A program made the translations under genes and the position numbers. DNA of 64,000 bases from an uncultured Planctomycetota bacterium (GTDB lineage: Bacteria > Planctomycetota > Planctomycetia > Gemmatales > Gemmataceae): NCBI GenBank assembly GCA_963849325.1, contig CAWKHF010000002.1, positions 192,001 to 256,000 on the forward strand. Reading direction: 5' to 3'. Shown here piece after piece: positions 21,946-33,047 of the stretch; the stretch's first letter is position 1, and every line of letters starts with the position of its first letter. The notes below the pieces were generated by a model. That model worked only from the letters and a program-made list of their open reading frames with translations. It made no database searches and was not told the DNA's origin.

Positions 21946-23399
21946 TATTTTTGGTGTGTGCCGCTGAGAGTGTGCCAACCCGAGTCCTCCGTTCGCAGCG
22001 CCGGCTCTGAAACGGCTTCCTGACGGGTGGCCCAGGCCAGTACGCGGCGAGCGACTTCGGCCGCCTGTCGGCTGTGCAAGGGCGGCAGAGGCTGATCGAG
22101 CGCCAGGCCGAGGTCCACACCGAGGCGGCGCTGCACGACCTGGGCGATGCCCAGGGCGATCTCGCGGTTGGGCAGCCGGGCCAGGTCGTGCAGGGCGGCC
22201 ACGGCCTCGGCGCAGTTGCCCTGCTCCAACAGCGCTTCCACGGCGATCAGGCGCAGCGGCGCCGGGTTGAGCGGATCGAGCAGTTGCCGCAACAAAGGGT
22301 CATCCAGCTCGCGGTTGGCATGGAGCACCCGCGCCAGCTCCAGCCGCAGCAGGGCCGGCGTGTGCGCGTCGGCGAGCTGCCGGCGCAGACCTTCCGCCAG
22401 AGTGGGGTCCGGCGCCAGCGACAGCACGCGATGATAATGACAACCGAGTGTCAGCGCCGCCCGCAGCGCCTGCACGCCCTTCTCGGTGCTCCACGCGGTC
22501 AGGTCGGCCACTGCCTCCGCGGTCAACACGTTGCCCTCGTGACGCATCGGTCCATCGTCCTGACACACGGGGTCGGCCAGGGTGCGGCGCACGGCCAGGC
22601 GAATCCACGGCCAGTTCTGCTCGGTGTTCCACAGCAGCGCTTCCGCGGCGGTCTGCCGGACCAGCGGCGACGAGTCGCGCAGGAACTCGGCCAGCGCCTC
22701 GATCGTGGTGCGGTCGTCCACGTTCGCCAGGGCGTTGAGGGCGGCGGCGCGTACCTCCGGTTCGACGGCGTGCTGGGCTAGCTGCAAGATCACTTGCGGT
22801 TGTCCCGGCCGCCAATTCTGTCGGAATTCGAGGGCGGACAGCGCCGACACGCGCACCTCCGGCCGAGGGTTGGACAGCAAGGACAGGGCCGGCGACGCAT
22901 CGACGTGTAGCGCCTCGCGCAGCGCCTTCACTTCCGGCAGCAGCCGGCAGTCGTTCAGCTGCGCCGGCCAATCGAGCCGATGCGCCAACCGATGCGCCAG
23001 CTGACGCGCTCGTCGTAGCGTCGGGCGCCCGGACTCGCGCAGGCACTGCGCCGCGAAGTAAACCAGCGGCACCACGAGAAGGACGGCCTGGGCCAGATGC
23101 AAGAACCAGTCATCCGCGCCGACCGCCCCCAGCAGCATCCAGCTCAGGGCAATCACGTAGAGCATGATGACGGCGGACCCGGTCAGCTCGCGCCGGCCCT
23201 GCCGGCCGAAGAGAGACAGGCCGCAGGCCAGCAGCTGGAAGAGAGTGCCCAGCCAGAGCAGGCGCGGAGAGGCGCTGCTTCCGCGCAGGCAGCAGATCAT
23301 CAGCAGGATCAGGGGCAACAGCAGCAAACAAAGGCGGCCCGCCATCAGCAGGAAACTCGCCCTTTTGCTACCGGATTCGCCCCGTGCGGATGCGTGCAT
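21945..23399 (-). CDS. Membrane protein with four N-terminal TM segments and HEAT repeats
   Basis: Hydrophobic N-terminus. PEVRVSALSAL, PEVRAAALNALA, PLVRQTAAEAL. Confidence 0.78.
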   Translation of the reverse strand: MHASARGESGSKRASFLLMAGRLCLLLLPLILLMICCLRGSSASPRLLWLGTLFQLLACGLSLFGRQGRRELTGSAVIMLYVIALSWMLLGAVGADDWFLHLAQAVLLVVPLVYFAAQCLRESGRPTLRRARQLAHRLAHRLDWPAQLNDCRLLPEVKALREALHVDASPALSLLSNPRPEVRVSALSALEFRQNWRPGQPQVILQLAQHAVEPEVRAAALNALANVDDRTTIEALAEFLRDSSPLVRQTAAEALLWNTEQNWPWIRLAVRRTLADPVCQDDGPMRHEGNVLTAEAVADLTAWSTEKGVQALRAALTLGCHYHRVLSLAPDPTLAEGLRRQLADAHTPALLRLELARVLHANRELDDPLLRQLLDPLNPAPLRLIAVEALLEQGNCAEAVAALHDLARLPNREIALGIAQVVQRRLGVDLGLALDQPLPPLHSRQAAEVARRVLAWATRQEAVSEPALRTEDSGWHTLSGTHQK

Positions 23400-23605
23400 A
23401 CTCGTTGCTACTTTGCCGGCGTATCTCCGTCGCCGCGACGCTTCGAGACGGCCCGGACGCGGAGAATGGCCGTCCGCATTTGTCCCTCTTCAGTATGGCT
23501 TACGGAAGAAGAAAAGGCCAAGGCGAGAGGGGAACTCTGACGCTGCGGCGAAAACTTCTGTTAGCATGACGGTCGCGTCCGATCCTGGGAACTGGAGTTC
23601 GATCC

Positions 23606-25372
23606 ATGAAGTGCATGCTCGCCGGCCTGTGCCTGTGTCCGTTCGTCCTCATGGTTTTGTCCGCTCCGGCCTCCTCCGCGGAGACGGAAGACGAACGGTT
23701 GACGGCTTTCTTCAAGACTTATCTGGACGAGGCGTTTCGCCGCCGGCCGTTGGAGGCGACGCGCCTGGGCGATCATCGCTTCGATCATCTTCTCGACGAC
23801 ATCTCGGCGGAGGCCCGGGCCGGCTGGGCCGACCATTACCGCGCGACCCTCACCGACCTGCCGCGCAAGATCGATCCCGGCAAGTTGTCGCGCTCCGCCC
23901 AGATCGATTACGAGATCTTCAAGCACAACCTGACCGCGTCGCTGTGGCTGGCCGAGAACACTCACCCATTTGAAACCGATCCACGCACCTACAGCGATTA
24001 CCTCGGGGACAGCGTCTATCTTTTGCTCACGCAGTCCACGCAGCCCAAGGCGACGAACCTCCGCAACTGCGTGGCCCGCATGGCCTTTTTCCCTCGCATC
24101 CTCGCCGCCGCCAAGCAGAACCTGAACAACCCGCCTCTCGTCGTCCTGGAGACGGCCATCCGGCAGACTCAGGGCGCCATCGCCTTTTACGACCACGGCA
24201 TCTACGAGCTGGCCGGCGAGAACCCCCAGCTGAGCGATCTGAAGCCGGCCGCGGCGCGCGTTCTGCCCGCGCTGAAGGACTATTTGAAGTTCCTCGAAGA
24301 CTGGCGGCCGCGAGCGAAGGGTGATTGGCGGCTGGGGAAAGAGAAGTTTGCCCGCAAGCTCGACCTGGAACTGGACGCGAACCTGTCGGCGGACGAAGTG
24401 TTGAAAGAAGCAGAGACGGAATTTGCCCGCGTCGAGCGTGACCTGTACGTTATCGCTCGCCAGTTGTGGAGCGCCACGCATCCCGGAAAGCCGCTGCCGC
24501 CCGACGACGCCAAGGGGCGAAGTGAAACCATTCGCCTCGTCCTGGATCGACTCAATCAGGAGCACGGCAAACCGGACGACCTGGTACAAGATGCCCGCGC
24601 CACCGTCCAGCGCATCAAGAGGTTCATCGCGGACAACGACATCCTCCGCCTACCCGAACCCGACCAGTGTAAGATCATCGAGATGCCGGAGTTCCATAGG
24701 GGCAATTCGTTGGCCTACCTCAACCCGGCTCCGCCGCTGGACGACAAGGCGGCGAGCTATTACGCCATCAGTCCGCCGCCGAGTGGTTGGGACGCCCGCC
24801 GCGTCGAGACCCTTTTGCAGGAATACAACTCCCGCATGATCCAGGTGCTGACCATCCACGAGGCGTACCCCGGCCATTACGTCCAGCTGGCCTATTCCAA
24901 TCGCCATCCGTCGCTGATCCGCCGCGTCCTCTCCTCCGGCGTCTTCGCCGAGGGCTGGGCCGTCTACACCGAGCAGATGATGCTCGATCAAGGCTACGGC
25001 AAGGGCGATCTGGCCCTGCGGCTCAATCAACTGAAGTGGTATTTGCGCAGCGTGGCCAACGCCATCCTCGATTACAAGATGCACTGCGCGAACCTGAGCG
25101 ACGAGGAAGCGATGGAGCTGCTGACCAGGCGAGCCTTCCAATCCGAGGGCGAAGCGGTGGGCAAGATCATTCGCGCCAAGCAAAGCTCCTGCCAGCTCTC
25201 GACGTACTTTGTCGGCCGGACGGCCTTCTACCGTCTACGCCAGCAAATTCAGCGCGAAATGGGCGAATCGTTCCAGCTCGGCCGCTATCACGAGGCTGTC
25301 CTCGATCACGGCACGCTGCCGGTGAAGTATCTGCCGGAACTGGTGCGCGAACGGCTCAAGCGGTCGCGCTGA
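23606..25372 (+). CDS. DUF885 family protein (putative metallopeptidase fold), exported
   Basis: ATRLGDHRFD, IHEAYPGHYVQ, FAEGWAVYTE, QLSTYFVG. Confidence 0.92.
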   Translation: MKCMLAGLCLCPFVLMVLSAPASSAETEDERLTAFFKTYLDEAFRRRPLEATRLGDHRFDHLLDDISAEARAGWADHYRATLTDLPRKIDPGKLSRSAQIDYEIFKHNLTASLWLAENTHPFETDPRTYSDYLGDSVYLLLTQSTQPKATNLRNCVARMAFFPRILAAAKQNLNNPPLVVLETAIRQTQGAIAFYDHGIYELAGENPQLSDLKPAAARVLPALKDYLKFLEDWRPRAKGDWRLGKEKFARKLDLELDANLSADEVLKEAETEFARVERDLYVIARQLWSATHPGKPLPPDDAKGRSETIRLVLDRLNQEHGKPDDLVQDARATVQRIKRFIADNDILRLPEPDQCKIIEMPEFHRGNSLAYLNPAPPLDDKAASYYAISPPPSGWDARRVETLLQEYNSRMIQVLTIHEAYPGHYVQLAYSNRHPSLIRRVLSSGVFAEGWAVYTEQMMLDQGYGKGDLALRLNQLKWYLRSVANAILDYKMHCANLSDEEAMELLTRRAFQSEGEAVGKIIRAKQSSCQLSTYFVGRTAFYRLRQQIQREMGESFQLGRYHEAVLDHGTLPVKYLPELVRERLKRSR

Positions 25373-25408
25373 CGATCAGTTGTCATTAGAGGCACTAACA
25401 AAATACAA

Positions 25409-25456
25409 TTTTGACCACGGATAACACGGATAAAACGGATAACACAAAAGAAGCGT
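25409..25456. repeat. Left arm only of a family C palindrome, abutting the IS5 element
   Basis: ttttgaccacggataacacggataaaac...gaagcgt matches the left arm and loop start of the copy at 33048. Confidence 0.8.
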
Positions 25457-25458
25457 TA

Positions 25459-26391
25459 AGAGCCTATCCGAATAACCTGGTGACGAGTACAATGTCTATA
25501 GTCCGTCGGCACTTGTGTCTCGATGACTGGCGTTGTGCGGAGGCTCTACCATGGACGAACGACCCATTCCGGACGATTGGCGTATCTCCGATGACCTCTG
25601 GGAGGCCATCGCTCCGCTGCTGCCCGAACACCCAAACACACACCGCTTCGGCGGCGGTCGGCCCCGAAAGCCCGACCGTGTTCTGCATGGAAGCCATCCT
25701 CTTCGTGCTCCGCACCGGCTGTCAATGGAAGGCGCTGGACGCCACCAAGTTCTGCCCGGCTTCCACCGCCCACGATCGTTTTCAAGAATGGGTCCAGGCC
25801 GGCGTCTTCCGGGAACTCTGGGAACACGGCTTGATGGCCTACGACGACTGGAAAGGGATCGATTGGTCCTGGCTGTCGATGGACGGGTGCATGACCCAAG
25901 CACCCCTTGGGGGGGAAAAAGACGGGCAAAAATCCCACCGACCGGGCCAAGAAGGGCAGCAAACGCAGCCTGCTGACCGAGGCCGAGGGCATCCCGGTGG
26001 GACTGGCCGTGGACGGTGCCAACCGTCCGGACATGAAGATGGTCGAAGAGACTCTCGACAGCATCCCCGTGGAGCGTCCCGAGCCGACGCCCGACGAGCC
26101 GCAGGGTCTGTGCCTGGACTTGGGCTATGACTATGACGAGGTGCAAGCGATTGCCGAAGAATTCTACTTCACGACGCATCTGCCGCCCCAGAAGGGAGCC
26201 GCGCAGCAGGTGAAGCGGAAGGCGGGCCGTAAGGCGAGACGTTGGGTGGCGGAGCGGACGCACAGTTGGATGAACCGATTCCGCGGCATTCTGATCCGTT
26301 GGTGCAAGAAGGCCGAGAACTATATTGCCCTGTTGCATATGTCTTTCGCCTTCATCATTTACAAGCGTATGGGGTTAACCGGATAGGCTCT
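25459..26391 (+). mobile_element. IS5-family element (IS427/IS1031-like), ~933 bp
   Basis: Terminal IRs agagcctatccg / cggataggctct, flanked on both sides by TA. Confidence 0.9.
25551..26386 (+). CDS. IS5-family transposase in two frames (G7A5 slippery site ~25909-25920, extra indel ~25675)
   Basis: ISDDLWEAIAPLLP, ILFVLRTGCQW, SMDG, LDLGYD, RWVAERTHSW. Confidence 0.9.
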
Positions 26392-26432
26392 TAGCGGAGG
26401 TCGCCGTCCTCCGCTCGGTTGGCGAGGTCATC

Positions 26433-26738
26433 ATGGATCTCGATGCGAAGGTCTGTTACTGTTTTCACGTCACGCAGCGCAAGCTGCTCAACTTCCTCCG
26501 CGTCGAGAAGCCGCGCGTGGCCAGCCAGTTGTCCGAGTGCGGCGGCGCCGGCACCGGCTGCGGCTGGTGCATCCCTTACCTGAAGCAACTCTTCCAGCAG
26601 GCCGCCGCGGGCGGCGCGACCGAACTGGAGCAACTGACCCCGGCTGAATACGAGCGTCGCCGGGCCGTCTATATCCGGGCGGGCAAAGGCACGCCGCCGC
26701 CCGGCGCCACTCCTTTGCCGACCGATTCCGAAACCTGA
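26433..26738 (+). CDS. BFD-like [2Fe-2S]-binding protein
   Basis: VCYCFHV ... GAGTGCGWC. Confidence 0.85.
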   Translation: MDLDAKVCYCFHVTQRKLLNFLRVEKPRVASQLSECGGAGTGCGWCIPYLKQLFQQAAAGGATELEQLTPAEYERRRAVYIRAGKGTPPPGATPLPTDSET

Positions 26739-26894
26739 TCTTTGGCGATGGCTCGACTTGATGCTGGCGATGCCCCGCGAAGGGTGTTACTTTGTGGGGA
26801 CAGTGGAGTTCTTGCCCGAAGTGTTCCGCGGCCGCCGTACACCGTCCGTCGGGACGGATGGGACGTGCTTACCTGGTCTGAAGGGAGAAACAGC

Positions 26895-27957
26895 ATGGAG
26901 AAGAAAAAGGTTTGTCCGGATTGCGAGTCGGCCGATCTCGGCTTCGACCGTCGTGATTTCCTCCGCAGCGTCGGCGTCACCGCCGCCGCCGCCTCCGCCG
27001 TCAGCTTGCCCTTGTTCGCCACCGCCAAGGTCCACGCAGCGCCGAGCCAATCCAGCGCCGCCGAGACCGCCGTCAAGGCCCTCTACGATACTCTGACCGA
27101 TCCGCAGAAAAAAAAGATCTGCTTCGACTTGGATTACAAGGACGAGGACGGTCTGCTGCGGACGCACGTCTCGAATAACTGGCAAATCACCGAGCCGCAC
27201 ATCCGCAGCGATTTCTACACCCGGCAACAGCAGACGATCATTCACGACATCTTCCGCGGCATCATCAACCCGGAGTGGTACGCGCGGTTCCTCAAGCAGC
27301 TCAAGGACGACACCAACGGCAAGCCGTGGGGCGCCGATCAGAGCATCGCCATCTTCGGCAAGCCCGGCGGCGACAAGTTCGAGTTCGTCATGACCGGCCG
27401 GCACATGACCGTCCGCGCCGACGGCAATACCGAGTCGCACGTCGCCTTCGGCGGCCCGATCTTCTACGGCCACGCCGCCAGCGGCTTCAACGAGAAGGCC
27501 GGCCACCCCGGCAACGTCTTCTGGGAGCAGGGCCGCAAGGCCAACTACGTCTACCAGATGCTCGACGGCAAGCAGCGCGAGGCCGCCCTCGTCGCCAAGC
27601 GGCCGCATGAGTCGGCCGTGGCCTTCCAGGGAGCCAACGGCAAGTTCCCCGGCATCCCCGTGACGGAGCTGGCCCGCGATCAGAAGGCCGAGCTGCAAAA
27701 GGTGCTGTTGGCGCTGGTCGAACCGTACCGCAAGGAGGACCGGGAAGAGGCGCTGGAATGCCTGCAGCAAGCAGGGCGGCCTCGACAAGTGCAGCCTGGC
27801 CTTCTACAAGGACGGCGACATCGGCAACGACGGCGAGTGGGACAACTGGCGCCTGGAAGGCCCGTCGTTCGTGTGGTACTTCCGCGGTTCGCCGCACGTC
27901 CACGTCTGGGTCAACGTCGCCGATGACCCCTCCGTCCGAACGAACGCCAAGGGATAA
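26895..27957 (+). CDS. Tat-exported DUF3500-like protein (frameshift ~27766)
   Basis: DRRDFL Tat motif, IAIFGKP, TGRHMT, GGPIFYG, WRLEGPSFVWYFRGSPHVHVW. Confidence 0.78.
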
Positions 27958-27963
27958 TCTTGG

Positions 27964-28024
27964 TTAACCGCGACGCGCAGCGGAGCGCGGGACCGACCCG
28001 CGCTCCGCTGCGCGTCGCGGTTAA
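27964..28024. repeat. REP/REPIN-like 28-bp-arm palindrome (family A, copy 1)
   Basis: ttaaccgcgacgcgcagcggagcgcggg ... cccgcgctccgctgcgcgtcgcggttaa. Confidence 0.92.
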
Positions 28025-28027
28025 ACT

Positions 28028-29172
28028 TCAGCGCATACTGCTCCACAATTCGGCCGCACCGGGCAGGCTCATGCCCGGTACGGTCAAATTGTGCTTGAGG
28101 GCCAGGTCGAGTAGACGGAGCGGATATTCCGGCCACTTGCCCTCGAACTGGCGCAGCCGGTGGAACTCGACCGTTTTCACCGCTTGCCGCAGTGTGGTTT
28201 CGATGAAGGTCTGTACGGCCGGCGGGAACTCGTTCGGCCGGCTCGCGCCCAGGGGAGGCATGGCCCTCCGCTGCTCGTCGGTCAGCAGGGTCACGAACGT
28301 CCTGGCCCATTCCGGCCAGACGCCCTCGACCTGCTGGAGCTTCTTCCAGGCGTCCACTCGTCGCTCCCAGAACGGTTTCGGACCGGCGATGCTCTTGGCC
28401 TTGTCCGGAAGGTCTTCGTAGCGCGTGACCGGCCGGTTCGGCGGCGGCAGGGGCGGCAGCACGGGATGCAGGTCGGCGAGGTGCTTCACCGTCCGCGGAA
28501 ATTCCGGCTGGCCCTCTGCCTCCTCGTACTGGCGCTTTTCGTCGGCGCTCAGCCGTGGCAGCAGGTTTTTCTCGACGTAGTCGCGGACCTCCGGGGGCAA
28601 GTCGCGTCGGTGCGCCGGCGGCTTCGCCGGCCGCCCGGCAGCACCGGCGCCGAGCGGCCGCTGCCAGAGTCGGCGCTGAAGACGCTCTTGCTCGCGGAGT
28701 TGGACGATCCGCTCCGTCCTTTCCTCGGGGGGTAGCTGCAGCAAGTTGTCGCGCACTTTCCGCGGCAAACGCTCGAACCATTGCCGCTGTCGGATCTCCC
28801 TAATGAGGCGCAGCCGTTCGTGCCTGTCGGCGGTCGTCTCAATCTGTCGTCGCTGGTCCTCGGGCAGTCGCTCCAGCCACGCGCCATAGCGTTCGACGGC
28901 CTTCCACAGCCGTTTTTGCGTGTTCGCGTCGAGTTGATGGAATTCCTTGTCGAGCCGGCGAAGACGGTCGCGCTTCGCCTCGGGTAAGGCCCAGAACTCT
29001 TGCAAGTCGCGGCGAAGGCGGGCGTAATGCTCGGGGTCCGTCTTCCACTTCTCCAGCAGCCGACGGTTGTGGGCCAGGTTATCCGCGCGCGCGCCTCTTC
29101 GTCCGTCGGCATCGCCGTCAAAAGGAATCCCAGCATGGGGGTGAACAACAAGACATAGCGCGAGATGGACAC
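28028..29172 (-). CDS. Helical exported protein, DUF3106-like, third gene of ECF operon (frameshift ~29090)
   Basis: Signal-like N-terminus and repeated [FW]xxLPxxxR motifs. Confidence 0.6.
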
Positions 29173-29182
29173 GCTCGCCTCC

Positions 29183-29677
29183 TCAGGAATTCGTGGCTTC
29201 GTCGCCGAATAACTCGGGCGTGTCGAGCGCCCGCCAGAAGTCCAAATCCTCGACCAGATCGTAAGAACGCTTATTCTCGATCAAGCGCAAATCGTGGATA
29301 AGTTCCGGATCGCCCGGTTCGCGCGGCACGCACCAGTTAAAGCCTGCGTAGCCGCCCCAGCCGGCCAGGAGCAGCGCCGCCGCCCAGCCCAGGCCGAGGC
29401 AGCGCGTCCTCCAACGCTGTCCGCGTCGTCCTTCGTTGTCCCGCACCGGCGACAGTCGTTCGAGGGTGCGATTGGTGAAGGTAGGCGACGGCTGCGGGCG
29501 CGGGAGGTAATCGAGCAGCTCCCAGGTACGGCGCAGGGAGTCGGCCTCGGCGCGGGCCGCCGCGTTCAAGCTCAGCTTCGCCTCCAGGTCGCGGGCGGCC
29601 TCGTCGGCCAACTCGCCGTCGAGGTAGGCCACCAGGTCGGCCCGCTCCTGTTCGCTCATGGGAGACGGTTCGGTCAC
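29183..29677 (-). CDS. Membrane-anchored anti-sigma factor
   Basis: DLVAYLDGEL motif, one TM helix, GTGA overlap with the sigma gene. Confidence 0.85.
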   Translation of the reverse strand: MTEPSPMSEQERADLVAYLDGELADEAARDLEAKLSLNAAARAEADSLRRTWELLDYLPRPQPSPTFTNRTLERLSPVRDNEGRRGQRWRTRCLGLGWAAALLLAGWGGYAGFNWCVPREPGDPELIHDLRLIENKRSYDLVEDLDFWRALDTPELFGDEATNS

Positions 29678-30329
29678 GGACCCTCCTCCACATCTTCCGG
29701 GACGGGTTCGCCGTCCATGTAGATGTAACCGCTCAGGGCCGCGCGTAGGTTCTCCGCGCCCGGCTCAAGAGCGACTTGACCGCCTTGGTCGTCAGGCCCA
29801 TGACCTCGGCGATCTCGGCGTAATTCATGTCCTCGAACTTGTTGAGGACGACGGCCATGCGCTGGCGTTCGTTGAGTCCTTCGAGCGCCTGGCGAACCAT
29901 GGCGGCCAGTTCTTGTTGCTGGATGCGCTTCATGGGTCCGCTGCCGCGGTCGCGGACGATCTGCTCGGCGGGGCGTGGTCCTAACGGGCCGGAATCCTGG
30001 GCCGGCAGCGGCACTACCGGTTTGCGTTGCCGCGCCCGCAGGGAGTTGAGGGCCAGATTATTGGCAATGGTGAACAACCAGGTACAGAACTTGGCCCGTG
30101 GACGATATTTCTTGCGTGATCGATAAACGCGCAGGAACACCTCCTGGGACAGATCTTCGGCCTCGGTGGCGTTGCCGACCAGGTGATTCATGACGGCCAC
30201 AAGGCGGTGCTGATACAGCTCGACCAGTTCCTCGAACGCGCCGGGTTGGTCGTCGCGCACGCGCAGCATGAGGCGGATGTCCGGATCGCGGAGGGCCAGT
30301 TGCGTGCTGGTCTCGCCGGTCGCTGCCAC
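29674..30329 (-). CDS. ECF RNA polymerase sigma-70 factor (frameshift ~29755)
   Basis: AEDLSQEVFLRVY, TWLFTIANN, YAEIAEVMG...VKSLLSRAR. Confidence 0.95.
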
Positions 30330-30345
30330 AACAATCCCACCTCCA

Positions 30346-30488
30346 AAGAATCAACCACAGATGAACGATGAACACGGATAAACACAGATAAGAGAGAAAG
30401 CAAGCAATCAACAGCGGGTAAACTCGTTTGTAGTTATTTCTTCTCTTTAATATCTGTGTTGATCTGTGTTCATCTGTGGTTGATTCTT
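30346..30488. repeat. Palindromic 9-nt-unit element (family C, copy 3) with AT-rich loop
   Basis: aagaatcaaccacagatgaac ... gttcatctgtggttgattctt. Confidence 0.88.
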
Positions 30489-30490
30489 CT

Positions 30491-31593
30491 TCATTCAACC
30501 CCGATCACCGGCGCGGGTTCCGCCCGTTCCAGTGCCTCGCGGCGCAGCTGTCCGCAGGCCGCGTCGATGTCGGCCCCCTTGCGCTGCGCACCTTCACGCT
30601 GATGCCGGCGCCGCGCAGGATGGCCAGGAAGTCCGTCAACGCCTGCTGCGTCAGACGCCGGTACGGCAGCCCGGCCACGTCGTTGAACGGAATCAGGTTG
30701 ACGTGGGCCTGCCGTCCCCGCAGCAACTTCGCCAACTCCGCCGCGTGGGCCGGCTGGTCGTTGATGTCTCGCAGCAGCACGTATTCATACGTCACCTGCC
30801 GGCCGGTCGTGGCGTGGAAATAGTCGGCCGCTTCGAGGATGGCCGACAGGCCGGTCCTGTCGTTGGTCGGCACGATGCGCGTGCGCAGCTCGTCGTTGGG
30901 AGCGTGCAGCGACACGGCGAGGTGATACTGTTTGCCGAGGTCGGCAAGTCGGCGGATCTTCGCTGGCAGCCCGACCGTCGAGATGGTGATGTGCCGTGCC
31001 CCAATGCCCAATCCCTCGGGCGAGGTGGCGATGGCCAGCGCTTCCAGCAAAGCGTCGAGGTTGGCCAGCGGTTCGCCCATGCCCATGACAACCACGTTCG
31101 TGAGCCGTTCGCCGGCCGGCAGCAGGTTGCGGGCATGGAGAAGTTGCTCCAGGATTTCGCCGGACGTCAGATTGCGGACGACGCCGCCGAGGCCGCTGGC
31201 GCAAAAGACACAGCCCATGCCGCAGCCGACTTGCGTGCTGACGCACACTGTCCGCCGGTCGGCTTCCGGCAACAAGACACATTCGACGACCTGACCGTCG
31301 GCCAGGCGCAAGAGCAGCTTGTGGGTGCCGTCGCAAGAGATCAGGTGGCGGGCGATGTCGCTGCCCAGCGGCCGAAACGCCGCGGCCAACTCCTGACGCA
31401 GTCCCCGCGGCAGGTCGCTCATCTGCTCGAATGAGGTGGCTCGGCCGGCAAACAGCCAGCGTCGCATTTGTCGAGTGCGCAGCGGCGCTTGCTCCCGCGA
31501 CCGCAGCCACGCCAGAAGCTCCTCGGACGACACTTCCAGCAAGGCGCGGCGCGAGTCGGTGGTTTGGGACAGAGTCAATTCCTGTGCATGCAT
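30491..31593 (-). CDS. rlmN: 23S rRNA (adenine-C2)-methyltransferase RlmN (frameshift ~30585)
   Basis: CVSTQVGCGMGCVFCASG, MGMGEPL, SLHAP, VNLIPFN. IDAACGQL in second frame. Confidence 0.96.
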
Positions 31594-31817
31594 GTCGTCA
31601 TTGTAGACGGCTGACTTCCGGCGCGGGAAGAGACGACCTCGCCGAGTGGAGCGTTTTTTCGAGAAGTTGGCCGTTACGAGAAGCAGCGCGGATTTGCCCT
31701 TGGCGGCGGTTCCTCCCATAATAACCGCGTCGCCTCTACGACGTGTGCCTTGCCGGCCTGTTCTGCCCGGCCGTCCCCACCGTGGCCGCGTGAACTGAGC
31801 AAGTAAGAGTGACTACC

Positions 31818-32957
31818 ATGAGTGAGCCGGAGTTTCGCCCAGGATTGGCCGACGTTCCCGTGGCGGAGTCGGCGATTAGCTTCATTGATGGCAAGCGTGC
31901 CCGCCTGGAATATCGCGGCATCGCTGTCGAAACCCTGGCCCGAGAGAGCTGTTTCGAGGAGACGGCCTGGCTGCTGCTCAAAGGCGTGCTGCCAACTCAA
32001 CGAGAACTGGCCGCCTTCGACCACGACCTGCGCCATCACCGTCGCATCAAGTACAAACTGACCGACCTGATCAAGTGTCTGCCGGAGACGGGCCATCCGA
32101 TGGACGCCCTGCAAGCGGGCGTTGCCGCCCTGGGCATGTTCTACCCCGCCCGCGATGTTCACAACGAGCAGAGCAACTGGGATTCGGTCGTGCGCCTGAT
32201 CGCCAAGCTGCCGACCATCACCGCCGCCTTCCACCGCCTCCGCCACGGCGACGCGCCGATCGGGCCGCGCGACGACCTCGGCCACGCTTCCAACTTCTAT
32301 TACATGCTCACCGAACAGGAGCCATCGCCGGCCGTCGCCAAGGTGCTCGACGCCTGCCTGATCCTGCACGCCGAGCACACCATGAACGCCTCGACGTTCA
32401 GCGGCCGCGTCACCGGCTCGACCCTGGCCAATCCGTACACGGTCATTAGCTCCGCCATCGGCACGCTGACCGGCCCGCTGCACGGCGGCGCCAACGAGCA
32501 GGTGCTGGACATGCTCGACGAGATTGGCTCGCCGGACAACGTCCGTGCCTGGCTCGACGACGCCATCGCCCACAAAAAGAAGATCATGGGCCTGGGCCAT
32601 CGCGTCTACAAGGTCAAGGACCCGCGCGCCACGGTGCTGCAAGAACTGGCGGAGAACGCCTTTGTCGAGACCGGCCGGCCGAAGCTCTATCAGCTGGCCC
32701 TGGAAATGGAGCGCGTCGCCGCCGGCGTCCTGGGACCGAAAGGCATTTATCCCAACGTCGATTTCTACTCCGGCATCGTCTACCTGAGCATAGGAATCCC
32801 GCGCGACCTGTTCACGCCGATCTTCGCCATTGCCCGCGTCGCCGGTTGGCTGGCGCACTGGCTGGAACAGTTGAAGAACAACCGCATCTTCCGGCCGGAG
32901 CAGATCTACGTCGGCAAGCACGACGTACCGTATGAGCCGCTTGAGCAACGGCCGTGA
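31818..32957 (+). CDS. gltA: Citrate synthase
   Basis: LHAEHTMNASTF, GPLHGGANE, MGLGHRVYKVKDPRA, PNVDFYSG. Confidence 0.97.
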   Translation: MSEPEFRPGLADVPVAESAISFIDGKRARLEYRGIAVETLARESCFEETAWLLLKGVLPTQRELAAFDHDLRHHRRIKYKLTDLIKCLPETGHPMDALQAGVAALGMFYPARDVHNEQSNWDSVVRLIAKLPTITAAFHRLRHGDAPIGPRDDLGHASNFYYMLTEQEPSPAVAKVLDACLILHAEHTMNASTFSGRVTGSTLANPYTVISSAIGTLTGPLHGGANEQVLDMLDEIGSPDNVRAWLDDAIAHKKKIMGLGHRVYKVKDPRATVLQELAENAFVETGRPKLYQLALEMERVAAGVLGPKGIYPNVDFYSGIVYLSIGIPRDLFTPIFAIARVAGWLAHWLEQLKNNRIFRPEQIYVGKHDVPYEPLEQRP

Positions 32958-33047
32958 TAACCTGCTTCACGCATATCGAGCCAGGAGGCCGCGAGGCGAA
33001 CGAGGATCGCCTGAAAGTGATCCCCGTGCCTGGAGCATCATGTCTCC

